A stretch of 64,000 nt of DNA from Leucoraja erinacea. Its lineage: Eukaryota. The position numbers and the translations under genes are program-made. Location of the stretch: NCBI RefSeq assembly GCF_028641065.1, contig NC_073386.1:60946001-61010000 (forward strand), in the 5' to 3' direction. Positions 27,008 through 38,149 of this stretch are shown here, in pieces. Position 1 is the stretch's first letter; every line of letters begins with the position of its first letter. The notes beneath the pieces are model-generated. The model searched no databases, was not told the DNA's origin, and saw only the letters and a list, made by a program, of their open reading frames with translations.

Positions 27008-30000
27008 TAGAAACATAGAAAATAGGTGCAGGAGGAGGCCATTCGGCCCTTCGAGCCAGCACCGCCATTCATTGTGATCATGGTTGATCACCCCCAATTA
27101 ATAACCCATGCCTGCCTTCCCCCCATATCCCTTGATTCCACCAGCCCCTAGAGCCCTATCTAACTCTCTCTTAAATCCATCCAGTGATTTGGCCTCCTCT
27201 GTGGTAGGGACTTGCACAAATTCACAACTCACTGGGTGAAAGAGTTTATTCTCACCTCAGTTAATGGCCTCCCCATTATGGCCTCCCCATTATTCTCAGA
27301 CTGAGGCCCTTGGGTCTGGACTCGCCCAACATTGGGAACATTTTTTCCTGCATCTAGCTTGTCCAGTACTTTTGTAATTTTATATGTTTCTATAAGATCA
27401 CCCCCTCATCCTTCTAAACACCAGCGTCCTTCCTCAAATTAGGAGACCAAAGCAGTATACAATACTCCAGATGTGGTCTCACCAGAGCCCTATACAACTG
27501 CAGAAGAGCCTCTCTACACCTATACTGAAATCCTCTTGTTATGAAGGCCAACATTCCATTAGCTTTCCTCACGACCTGCTGTACCTGCCCGCCAACTTTC
27601 AGTGACTGGTGTACAAGGACACCCAGGTCTCGCTGTACATCCCCCTTACCTAACCTAACCCCATTGAGTTAATAATCTGCCCCCTTGATTTTGCCGCCAA
27701 AGTGGATAACCTCACATTTATCTATATTATACTGCATCTGCCACGCATCTGCCCACTCACTCAACCTGTCCAGGTCACCCTGCAACCTCCTAACATCCTC
27801 TTCACAGTTCACACTGCCACTCAGCTTTGTGTCATCCGCAAACTTGCTAGTGTTGCTCCTAATTCCCTCTTCCAAATCATTAATATATATGGTAAACAGT
27901 TGCGGCCCCCAACACCAAGCTATGCGGCACTCCACTCGCCACTGCCTGCCATTCTGAAAAGGACCCGTTCTTTAATAGTCTTTGCTTCCGGTCTGCCAAC
28001 CAATTTTCTATCCATGTCAACACCCTACCCCCAATACCATGTGCTCTAATTTTAGTCACCAGTCTCCCATGCGGGACCTTATCAAAGGCTTTCTGAAAGT
28101 CTAGGTACACTACCTCCACTGGCACTCCTTCATCCATTTTACTTGTCACATCCTCAAAAAAATCCAGAAGATTAGTCAAGCATAATTTTCCTTTCATAAA
28201 TCCATGCTGACTTGGACTAATCCTTTTACTGCTATCTAAATGCCCCATTATTAACTCTTTAATAATTGACTCCAGCATCTTTCCCACCACCGAAGTCAGG
28301 CTAACTGGTCTGTAATTCCCCGTTTTCTCTCTCGCTCCTTTCTTGAAAAGTGGGATAACATTAGCTATCCTCCAATCCACAGGAACTGATCCTGAATCTA
28401 TTGAACATTGGAAAATGATCACCAATGCATCCACTATTTCTAGAACCACCTCCCCCCTGGGATGCAGACCATCAGGCCCAGGGGATTTATCATCCTTTAG
28501 TCCCAATTAGCCTATCCAATACTATTTCTCACCTAATGAAAATTTCTTTCATTTCCTCTACCCCCTTAGATCCTCTGTCTTCCATTACTTCTGGGAGATT
28601 GTGTGTGTCTTCCTTAGTGAAGACAGATCCGAAGTACTTGTTCAACTCTTCTGCCATTTCCTTGTTTCCCATAATAATTTCACCCACGTCTGCCTTCATG
28701 GAACCCACATTTGTCTTTGCTACTCTTTTTCCCTTAACATATCAAATAAGCTTTTACTGTCCTTCTTTATATTCCTGGCCAGCTTCCCCTCGTACTTCAT
28801 CTTTTCAGCCCGTATTGCCCGTTTTGTTTCCTTCTATTGTCCTATGAAAGTTTCCCAATCCTCTGGCTTCTGGCTACTCTTTGCTGTGTTATACATCTTT
28901 TATTTTAATTTTATTCCATCCCCAACTTCTCTTGTCAGCCACGGTTGCCTCCTACTCCCCTTAGAATCTTTCTTCCTTTTTGGAATGAAATGATCCTGCA
29001 TCTTCTGGATTATGCCCAGAAATTCCTGCCATTGCTGTTCCACCGTCATTCCTGCTAGGATCCCTTTCCAGTCTGAAGAAGGGTTTCGGCCCGAAACGTT
29101 GCCTATTTCCTTCATTCCATAGATGCTGCTGCACCCGTTGAGTTTCTCCAGCATTTTTGTGTACCTTCGATCTTCCAGCATCTGCAGTTCCATCTTGAAC
29201 CCTTTCCAGTCTACCTTGGCCAGCTCCTCTCTGATGCCTTCATAGTCCCCTTTGTTCAACTACATCACTGACACTTCCGATTTAACCTTCACCTTCTCAA
29301 ATTGCAGATTAAAACTAATCATATTATGATCACTACCTCCAAGCGGTTCCTTTACCTCTCGTTCTCTTATCAAATCTGGTTCATTAGACAACACTAAATC
29401 CAGAAATGCCTTTTCTCTGGTCGGCTCCATTACAAGCTGCTCTAAGAATCCATCTCGGAGGCACTCTACAAACTCTCTTTCTTGGGGTCCTGAACCTAGC
29501 TGATTTTCCCAGTCTACCTGCATATTGAAATCCCCCATCACCACAGTGGCATTACCTTTGTTACATGCCAGTTTTAACTCCTGCTGCAACTTACACCCTA
29601 CATCCAGGCTACTATTTGGGGGATCTGTAGATAACACCAATTAGGGTCTTCTTGCCTTTGTAATTCCTCAACTCAATCCACAGTGACTCTACCTCATCAG
29701 TCCCTATGTCTTCCCTCACAAGGGACTGAATTCCATCCCTCACCAGCAGAGCTACCGCCCTCCTCTGCCCACCTGCCTGACCTTTCTATAGGCTGTATAA
29801 CCCTGAATATTAAGTTCCCAGGCCTGATCCTCCTGCAGCCACTTCTCAGTAATCCCCACCATGTCATATCTACCAACCTCTAACTGAGCCTCAACCTCAT
29901 CTACTTTACCTCTTATACTTCGCTCATTGATATACAATACTTACGCAAGTCACCTTTCACATCGATCCCTATTACACTTGGCCATACTCTCCTATCCCTT

Positions 30001-30063
30001 TACTCCCTTTCCCTTTAACTCCGGCCCTGACTATCCCATTTGACACCCCCCCCCCCCCTTATT
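27008..30063 (-). mobile_element. Degenerate 5'-truncated CR1 immediately downstream of TM1
   Basis: EN (GDFN, SDH) and RT (FADD) fragments, (TAGAAACA)n tail, and GTCCCA at both flanks. Confidence 0.9.
29073..29100 (+). ncRNA. Minimal hammerhead-ribozyme-like motif in a Penelope-derived short repeat inserted into a CR1
   Basis: CUGAAGA-A-GGGU-UUCG-GCCC-GAAA-CG-UU. The insertion (29075-29199) is flanked by a 13-bp duplication CCCTTTCCAGTCT. Confidence 0.6.
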
Positions 30064-30195
30064 GTCCCAGACTGCATCATCTGTTGGCCGTGGTGTGGTG
30101 AGGATTGAAGAGTCAGAGAACACAGTGTAGTGAGGAATGGACGGTCACAGTGTGGGGGGGGGTCATAAAGTATCTTTGTCGTTGGTCATCGTTAC

Positions 30196-30335
30196 CTTGA
30201 CAACAGTGACGAAGGTACTGTAGAGGAAACTGATAATGAACAGGAGGGCGAAGGCAGCAACTGTGAGCACATTGTCATCTCCATCCAAGTCCCCTGGCTC
30301 CACCTTCCCTTCCTCACCTGTCAATTCTGTGCCAG
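30196..30335 (-). CDS. IGHW: IgW transmembrane exon TM1
   Basis: (AGT)ELTGEEGKVEPGDLDGDDNVLTVAAFALLFIISFLYSTFVTVVK: acidic spacer plus the conserved antigen-receptor TM motif. Donor AAG|GTAACG; in-frame acceptors give exon starts at 30335 or 30326. Not in the ORF track. Confidence 0.9.
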
Positions 30336-31922
30336 CTTCAGGACAAATGAGAAGGTGAGACAGTTAGTTTGCCGCCGATGTTTTGTGAAGATCAACAACG
30401 TGTGAATAAAATGAAGGCAACAGGAGGACAGGAAGACAGGAGGCTTGGGTTAGTTCCACCGTTCAATGATATGTGGAGATCTATCACCAGCTCCACTGAG
30501 CTGACTTTCCCCCACATCCATTATCATCTCGTATAGTCAAACTCTGCAATCTCAGATATAAAATCACCTTCACACCTGGAACCAAATGCTAACTGTGGAA
30601 GGCAATTCCAAACTTCCATGAACCTCTGATAGACACAAAAAGCTGGAGTAACTCAGTTGCACAGGCAGTATCTCTGGAGAGAAGGAATGGGTGAGGTGTC
30701 GCATCGAGACCCTTCTTCAGATGCCATGACCCACTTCATGTAGCATGGCTATCTCTAACTTTTAGACCCTGTACTTTGTATAGAGTTGGATTTCCATAAA
30801 TCAGGGAGATCATTTGTAACCCAGGGAGCACTGTATAGAACTAAAAAATAATTCCTCCTCATCTAGTTAGTTTAGTTTATTGTCACGTGCACCAAGGTAC
30901 AGTGAAATGCATTTGTTGCATGCTAACCATTCAGCGGAAAGGCAAAACAAGATTACAAATGAGTCATTCACAGTGTATACATACATGATAAGGGATTAAT
31001 GTTTAGTACAAGGTAAAACCAGTAAAGTCCAATCAAAGATAGTCCAAGGGTCTCCAGTGAGGGAGATAGTAGTTCAGGACCACTCTCTGGATGTGGTGGG
31101 ATGATTCAGTTGCCTGATAACAGCTGGGAAGAAACTGTCCCTGAATGTGGAGGTGTGTAAATAGATCTTCACAGGGTAATCTATTCTGTTAGCTCCCATT
31201 AACTTTGTGAAAACATCAAACAAAACTTCCTTTAGCCTTGTAAATGACAACTTGTTCAGCATCGTGAAAGTAAGCATGCAGGTAGGTACAGCAGGCAGTG
31301 AAGAAAGTGAATGGCATGTTGGCATTCATAACAAGAGGAGTTGAGTATAGGAGCAAACGTCCAGAAGCGAAAAATACTACAAAAAGTTCATTGCCCAGTT
31401 CATCGCTGGCATTGACCTCCCCACCGTCGAAGAGATCTATCATAGTCGCTGCCTCAAAAAGGCAGCCAAAATCATCAAGGACCCACACCATCTTGGCCAC
31501 ACACTCATCTCACCATTGCCATCAGGAAGAAGTTACAGGAGCCTGAAAACTGTAACGTCCAGGTACTGGAACAGCTTCTTCCCTACAGCCATCAAGCTAT
31601 TAAACACAATGAATAAGCTCTGAGCTCCGAACTGCAAAAGACTCTATTATTGTTTGTTATTTGCACTATTTGTTATTTATTAAACTTTTTCTTTTTTTCT
31701 CGTTCCTCGTTATGCACTATGTTTACATATTCACATATTCTGTTGTGCTGCAGCAAGTAAGAATGTCCTTGTCCCGTCTGGGACATATGACAATAAAACA
31801 CTCTTGACTCTTCTTGACTCACTCACACACTGCAACACCTGTCCTTCAGTACTAAACTTGCCTGGGCCTATTTTGTGACGGGGTAAAAGATGTGATGATT
31901 AGAGTGAATCCCAGCACCGTAC

Positions 31923-32201
31923 CTTGAAAGCTTTTCACTTCCCGGCTGATACTGGTGTTCGAGGGGGGATGAGACACTGCACAGCCGAAGACTGAGCCTT
32001 TTTTCCAATCCTCTGAACTCACATTCAGGAAGTGGCTGGCACTGAAAGTCCCCCCTTGCTCCAGAGCAGTCGGTGTAGCGCTGGTGGTGGAGGAGATCGG
32101 GGCTCCGTCTTTCTCCCAAGTGACGTTTATGAGGTCCGGGTAGAAACCAGAGAGCACACACTCGAGGATGGCTGTGTGGCTGCGCTTGGTCTCTTGGTGA
32201 G
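31923..32201 (-). pseudogene. IGHW: Duplicated CH4-like exon (CH4') lacking its splice acceptor and first ~14 codons
   Basis: HQETKRSHTAILECVLSGFYPDLINVTW...FGCAVSHPPS...KSFQ, ~70% aa identity to CH4. Donor G|GTACGG is intact; the ttccag|VEPNKPEVRLLLPA segment is absent. Confidence 0.85.
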
Positions 32202-32224
32202 TAGATGTGAGAACCTCTTCCTCA

Positions 32225-32573
32225 AGGGCCTGTCCCACTTACACAACTTTTTTGGCGACTGCCGGCACCCGTCATAGGTCGTTACAGGTCGCCGAAAAAT
32301 TTAAACATGTTGAAAATCCAGCGGTGACCAGCACAAGGTATGACTATTTGACTCAAGGTACGACTACTCACGACCATACTGGCTTCACCCCGCTACATGT
32401 CACCAGGTTGTTGCCTCCATGGGCGTGAGTAGTCTCCTCAGTCGCCCAAGGAGTCGTAACGCCTTTCAGGTTGCCACTGAATTTTCAACATGTTGAAACT
32501 TTTTGGCGACCTACAATGACCTATGACGGGTGCCGGCCGTCACCGAAAAAGTTGCGTAAGTGGGAAAGGCCCT
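32225..32573. mobile_element. PIF/Harbinger-type MITE between CH3' and CH4'
   Basis: TIR AGGGCCTGTCCCACTT / AAGTGGGAAAGGCCCT with a 3-bp TCA duplication (32222-32224 and 32574-32576). Confidence 0.9.
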
Positions 32574-32619
32574 TCATGGTAACTAATGTTGGCCGTATCA
32601 TTGTCGATCTCTCGCCCAC

Positions 32620-32922
32620 CTTTGGCACTTTCTGTCCGTGCTGACACTGGTGAGGATGATGGAGATCGTTGGGCAGAGCACACAACCTCCACCCCGCTGG
32701 TCCACTCCTCCACACTGCTCCGGAGTTTACTGCTCACTCTGTCTTGGGTACTTTCTCCTCTCGGTTGGTGGGTCACAGCCCCTGTAGTTCTCTCCCTTCC
32801 GCTCACTTGCCAGTAGACTTGGACCTGGCTCAGATCAGCGCCCATTACCACGCACACCACAGTAGCGGTCTTGTTGATCCAAATCTCTTCAGTGGAGGGG
32901 TTTTGGATAAAGACAGACAATT
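32620..32922 (-). CDS. IGHW: Duplicated CH3-like exon (CH3') downstream of the tailpiece
   Basis: Acceptor tttctcatctgcag|, donor G|GTGGGC, 303 nt like CH3, open frame. About 62% aa identity to CH3 (63/101 by hand count). Confidence 0.88.
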
Positions 32923-35900
32923 CTGCAGATGAGAAATAGGAAGCTTACAAACCGGACAAGGTCTGGTGTTGTCGTCACCGATCAACTGGACTCTGACGAC
33001 TTGCATTCATTTTCCAGACTCACTTTATTGACGTGTGCATAAGGAGAGCAGCACAGTCCCACTTACCTGCTGCTCTGAAATTCCATTCAGCATTTATACA
33101 TAGTTTGACCCTTGAAATTATGCGCACACTCTAATTTCTTATAATTGAACACAATACATTTTCCACAACACTTATACAAATACATTAACACTAATGGCCC
33201 TGTCTCACGGTGTGAGTCCACCTACGAGTGATCCCGAGTGAAAGAAAAAATCAAACTCGTGGTTGTCTACGAGATTCCAAGTTTATTTTCACGAGTTTAA
33301 ACGCGTTCCCATGTGTATGTCTAAGTTTGCCATTTACTTCTCATTTCTGCGATGTACCAAGTTACTCTCCCGAGTTACCAAGCTCCTCTCCAGAGTTACT
33401 CTTGAGCTAACAACGACTACCGACGTGTGGAAAAATCATCACATGGTAAAAATGATGTCATGCAGTTTTTTTTCACTCTAAAAAGACCCAGCCAGAAGAA
33501 CGACCTCGACCCGAAACATCACCTATTTCTTTTCTCCAGAGATGCTGCCAGACCAGTTGAGTTAGTCCATCATTTTGTGTCTATCTTTGGTTTAAACTGG
33601 TATCTGCAATTCCTTCCTTCAAACTTTTAGAGCAGTTTGTTTCAAGAAACAACCCTTCCAAAATTGCATTCAAAAGTCCACTTGAACAGCATTTGTCATT
33701 GAAAGGCAGAGGCTGTTTTGTGTCGGGAGGAACTGCAGATGCTGGTTTACACCGAAGATAGATACAAAAAGCTGGAGTAACTCAGCGGGACATGCAGCAT
33801 TTCTGGAGAGAAGGAATGGGTGACGTTTCTGGTCGAGTCCCTTCTTCAGACTGAAAAAACTTTCGATCCTTCTCTCCACAAATGCTGCCGGCTTGGCTGA
33901 GTTACTGCAGCTTTTTGTGTCTAGTAAGATTATTTTATTCCCTTAATTTATCTCTCATCAAAACGTTGGTAAACTTCTAACAAAAAGATTAGGTAAATTG
34001 AACTTTAACGTTATTTTTTCTCCCAACAGCAAGGTCCGTAGACCAGACGGATAGCAGTGTGTGTCTCTCTACTCACCCAGTATGTCCGTCAGAACAGGGA
34101 TCCCACCATTGCGACTTAAACTGTATAAAAAGCAGCGGCTCACAACATTGCTGATTGGGCAGATCTGCTCAGAAACCACCCCTTTCACACTCACCCCAGC
34201 CCTGGAAAACAACATTTTCAGAGCTCTACAGTCACTCAAGCCCGCCAGCGAACCGCTGAATGAAAGACAAAGCTCAGATGTGCTCTTCAGCAGTGGCATC
34301 CCAGAGTTTCCCAGCGCCTGGCCCAAGTTTCAATTTACACTCAGGTAAACTGATTTTTTATTTAAAACCCAAATACAATTGGACCTTAATTGTAAACATG
34401 AGAATGTTTTCCTATATTGTACGGTAGACTATCATCCAGTGTAGACACCATCATTTATTGGAAAAATATGAATATACAAAAACAGGGGTTAGTTAAAAAT
34501 TGGAGTCCTATCCCATCTACAGCTCACGTTCTCTTGCTGTGTTTCTAAGAAAGGTCATTAAGGACTTATGTTATGTGTTTTTGTTGGACTGAAACCAACC
34601 CATTTACAACATAAAGCTGTGGGTAACCTTTTAGGAGAATACTTGTGATGTAACGAACCAGAAATTAATTTATTTTACATAACACACAAAAATAACTCTG
34701 GTCTTAATTACCAATGCAGCTTGTGAACTTATTTGCGGGTGCGGCAGCATCTATGGAGCGAAGGAAATAGGCAACGTTTCAGGCCAAATCCCTTTTTCAG
34801 ACTGAAGAAGTGTTTCAGCCCGAAACGTTGCCTATTTCCTTCACTCCATAGATGCTGCTGCACCCACTGAGTTTCTCCAGCACTTTTGTCTACCTTTGAT
34901 TTTCCATCATCTGCAGTTCCTACTTGAACTTGTGAACTTATTTTGTGAACTTCCCCACTGAATGCTTCCTATCTTTTGCAAGCATATTGCACGGGTTAGT
35001 ACAAATACAGTTAAAACTCTGAATAACAACATGCCATGAAGGAGCTTCCAAAGATTCATTTATCAAGAAGCTAGAGTAACTAAGCACGACAGACGGCATC
35101 TCTGGAGAGAAGGAATAGGTGATGTTTCGGGTCGAGACCCTTCTTCGATTTTAAACCTGCATCTGCAGTTCCTCCCCATTTATAATTTTGACATTTATAA
35201 AATTCCCATTTATAAAATTATAAAATAAAATCCCATTTACAACATTGTTTTGAGCAATTGTTCCCTAACGTGGACAGACTGGATGGAAAGTGATGCCTGA
35301 CAAAAATCCCCTGTATAACGCATCAGTCTTCAATAACTGATGTTAATGTGTCGGATATAAATCCTGAGATCGGACACCTGTCCCATATATATGCTTCTCC
35401 ATAAAAAGTGCATTAACCCAACAGGGATTCATGGCACCGTTTCAATGTGAAAAGGTAAAGTTCTGAAGGGAACTAATTCACTCACAATACAGCTTTCCCA
35501 ACACTGTATGGTTCATTCTTTTTACCACTGTTTCTCAGATCACCGGTGAGTGCTTTTTGCTCTTTAACAGCGAATTATTAGATCACTGTAAAATGTTCCA
35601 TTAAGATCTGACTAATCTTCAACATTTCACTTTTGGCACTCAGGCCAAACCCACGAGTTACTCACGAGTCACTACAGTAAACTCACGGGCTACTACGGTA
35701 TTACAAGGAGTTTAAAAGTTTCACATTTTTCCTTCAAGAGTAAATTTGACTCATGGACATCTTTCAAAATGTTGAACATTTTTCACGAGTTAACAAGTTT
35801 CCCGAGTACCTGCCGTTAGCGTTATGAGTCGCTAAGTTACGTCCACGAGTTCCAACGTTCCCCCTACATTAATTCTACGTGATTACCACGAGTTTGATTT

Positions 35901-36887
35901 GTTTTTAACTCGGGATCACTCGTGGGTGGACTCGCACCGTGAGACAGGGGTTTAACACAAATAAAAATACATGCTGTTCAATTCTTTATTGGTATTTAAT
36001 TTTAGTGCACCATAGAAAGCATTTTATCAGGATGCATCACAGCATGGTTTGGAAAATAGCTCCATCCAAGAAATGGCAGCGAATTGTGGTTGCAGCCCAG
36101 ATCATCACACAAACCAACCTCCCTTCCACTGACTCCATTTACATCTCATGCTGCCTCGGCAAGGCCAGCAGCATAATCAAGGACCAGTTGCACCCTGGCC
36201 ACTCTCTCTTCTCCCCTCTCCCATCAGGAAAATAGGTATTGAAGTGTGAAAACACACACCTCCAGATTCAGGGACAGTTTCGTCCCAGCTGTTATCAAAC
36301 AACTGAACCATCCACTCACCAACTAGATCGCAATCCTGATATATCATCTACCGCACTGGAGACCCTCGCACTATGTTTAATCAGACATTACCTTGCACAA
36401 AACATTCTTCCCTTTATCATGTATTTGTATACTGTGGATGGCTTGATTGTAATTATATAGTCTTTCTGGTGACTGGTTAGCACGCAACAAAAAGCATTTT
36501 CACTGTACCTCGGTCTACGTGACAATAAACTAAACCAAACCAAACATCCCTCGGCCCACACATTAGGCATTGCATCCCCCACCATAGACCTTCCACCATC
36601 GACACTTCACGCTGCCTCAGGAAAGCAGCCAACATCATCAAGGAATCCTCACATCCCAGTCATTGTCTCTACTCCCCTCTCCAGAAGATACAAGAAGCTT
36701 GAAAGCACATAGCAGCAAATTCAAGGACAGATCTACTTTAAGCACCGACAGGCAGATGTTTAATTGTAACATTGGAATAGAAGAGTTACCAATGATGAGT
36801 TGTCTCTTTTATTCAACGTCATCCGTGCACACCCACTGAGGACAGAGACTCCTCAAACAACCATCCCCCTTGTTGGACACAGATGTC

Positions 36888-37070
36888 ATGTGTGGCTCAG
36901 TGGTGAGCAATGTCACCTCATGAAAGCTGCTGTCTTTGGGATGAGGCTTTAAGGAGGTGTTTCTCAGGTATATGTCAGCAATGCCACAACATGACCACAA
37001 GAGTTCTGCTCAGAGTCCTGAGCTAATATTTATCCTGAAACCAAACAGCTAAACACAGGTGGGCTGTGGG
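36888..37070 (+). mobile_element. Ancient Deu-domain SINE remnant
   Basis: gtggctcagtgg head and gagttct...gtcctg..ctaatatttatcc..aaccaa, resembling the Deu-domain consensus from memory. Confidence 0.45.
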
Positions 37071-37465
37071 AGAGCTGGGAAGGGGAGGGGAAAGAGGGAG
37101 AAAGCAAACACTACCCGACGCAGGAGATCTGCCCAGATTTGGTTTGCCGTGTGTGAGCTGGCATCAGGTACATTGTCACAGCTGGGCAAGGAAAGACCAC
37201 GGACTTTGTGTCACCTTGTGTCACCCTGACGGTCACACGGCACAGTGATAATGGAGTTGACGACCACAATCAATCTCTGTCTTCAACTGGTCCAGGCGTG
37301 GGTGTGAGAACACCCAATGGTGGAAGGTTTTGGACACATTGATCCAACAACAACTATTTCTCCCAGAATGTGCTTCTCCTAGAATGTGCACACCTCACAT
37401 CCCAAGCTACCCATGTACTGCCACCCAAAACACAGACACGCACACAAAACCTTTTTCACATCACA

Positions 37466-37471
37466 TTTATT
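37466..37471 (-). terminator. Polyadenylation signal for the long secreted IgW mRNA
   Basis: AATAAA on the minus strand ~295 nt past the tailpiece stop. Confidence 0.6.
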
Positions 37472-37763
37472 GAACTTGTATTGATACATTGACACATACA
37501 TAGATTTAATATCTCGTGTGATCCCATACAGGGTTAAAATCTGTTCAAGCACGGCATAAATAGTTCTGTAAATGTATCCAGAAGCTCAGACATGTGTGGT
37601 GAATCATGGCTGTGGCTTCATTTGTATCTCGTGTGGCATTATGTTTTTAATGATTTACAAAGGTTCACATTTTGATGATGTATTAGGGAACTAACCCATC
37701 ATCCTCTGGGTCAGTTAATACATCCAGAAATGAACAAAACAAGTGTTTGAGAAATGAATCATG

Positions 37764-38149
37764 TTACACACAAGATTTAAAGCTGTCAGTCAGAACAAGT
37801 GAGACATTGACCAGGGTGGGTTTGCTGTGAGATTTATTGATGCTTCTGAATAGACTGGTTGTGATGGATCCATGTCCCACAACACAGGAGAAGGTGGTGC
37901 CACAGTTCCAGTCCTCTGGAGAAACCTTCAACTGACTGGTCATGGTGTTCCACCCATTCCTGGTGTCCTTGGTCACGGGCTGGCTCACGATCCCTGTCTT
38001 CAGAAGGGTGTCGTTGGCCATCCAGGCCACATAGATGTCTGCAGGAGAGAATTTGGTGACCAGGCACGTCAAGGTAGCAGTCTTATCCGTCTCCACCTCA
38101 TCCAATGAAGGGGGGAGGAGGTAGACTTGAGGACGTATCTCAACTCCAT
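37764..38149 (-). CDS. IGHW: IgW CH6 exon with contiguous secretory tailpiece
   Basis: Acceptor tctctctgttcccag|; DGVEIRPQVYLLPPS...LTCLVTKFSPADIYVAW...FSCVVGH...; tailpiece KPTLVNVSLVLTDSFKSCV* with an NxS glycan site and penultimate Cys. Confidence 0.94.

Noticed and set aside
33061-33100. Perfect orphan donor CAG|GTAAGT upstream of CH3'
   Set aside because: No convincing upstream exon or Ig-like frame.
34069-34326. 85-aa ORF ending at a GTGAGT donor-like site
   Set aside because: No Ig or TM motifs, and the nearby acceptor gives an immediate stop in phase 1.
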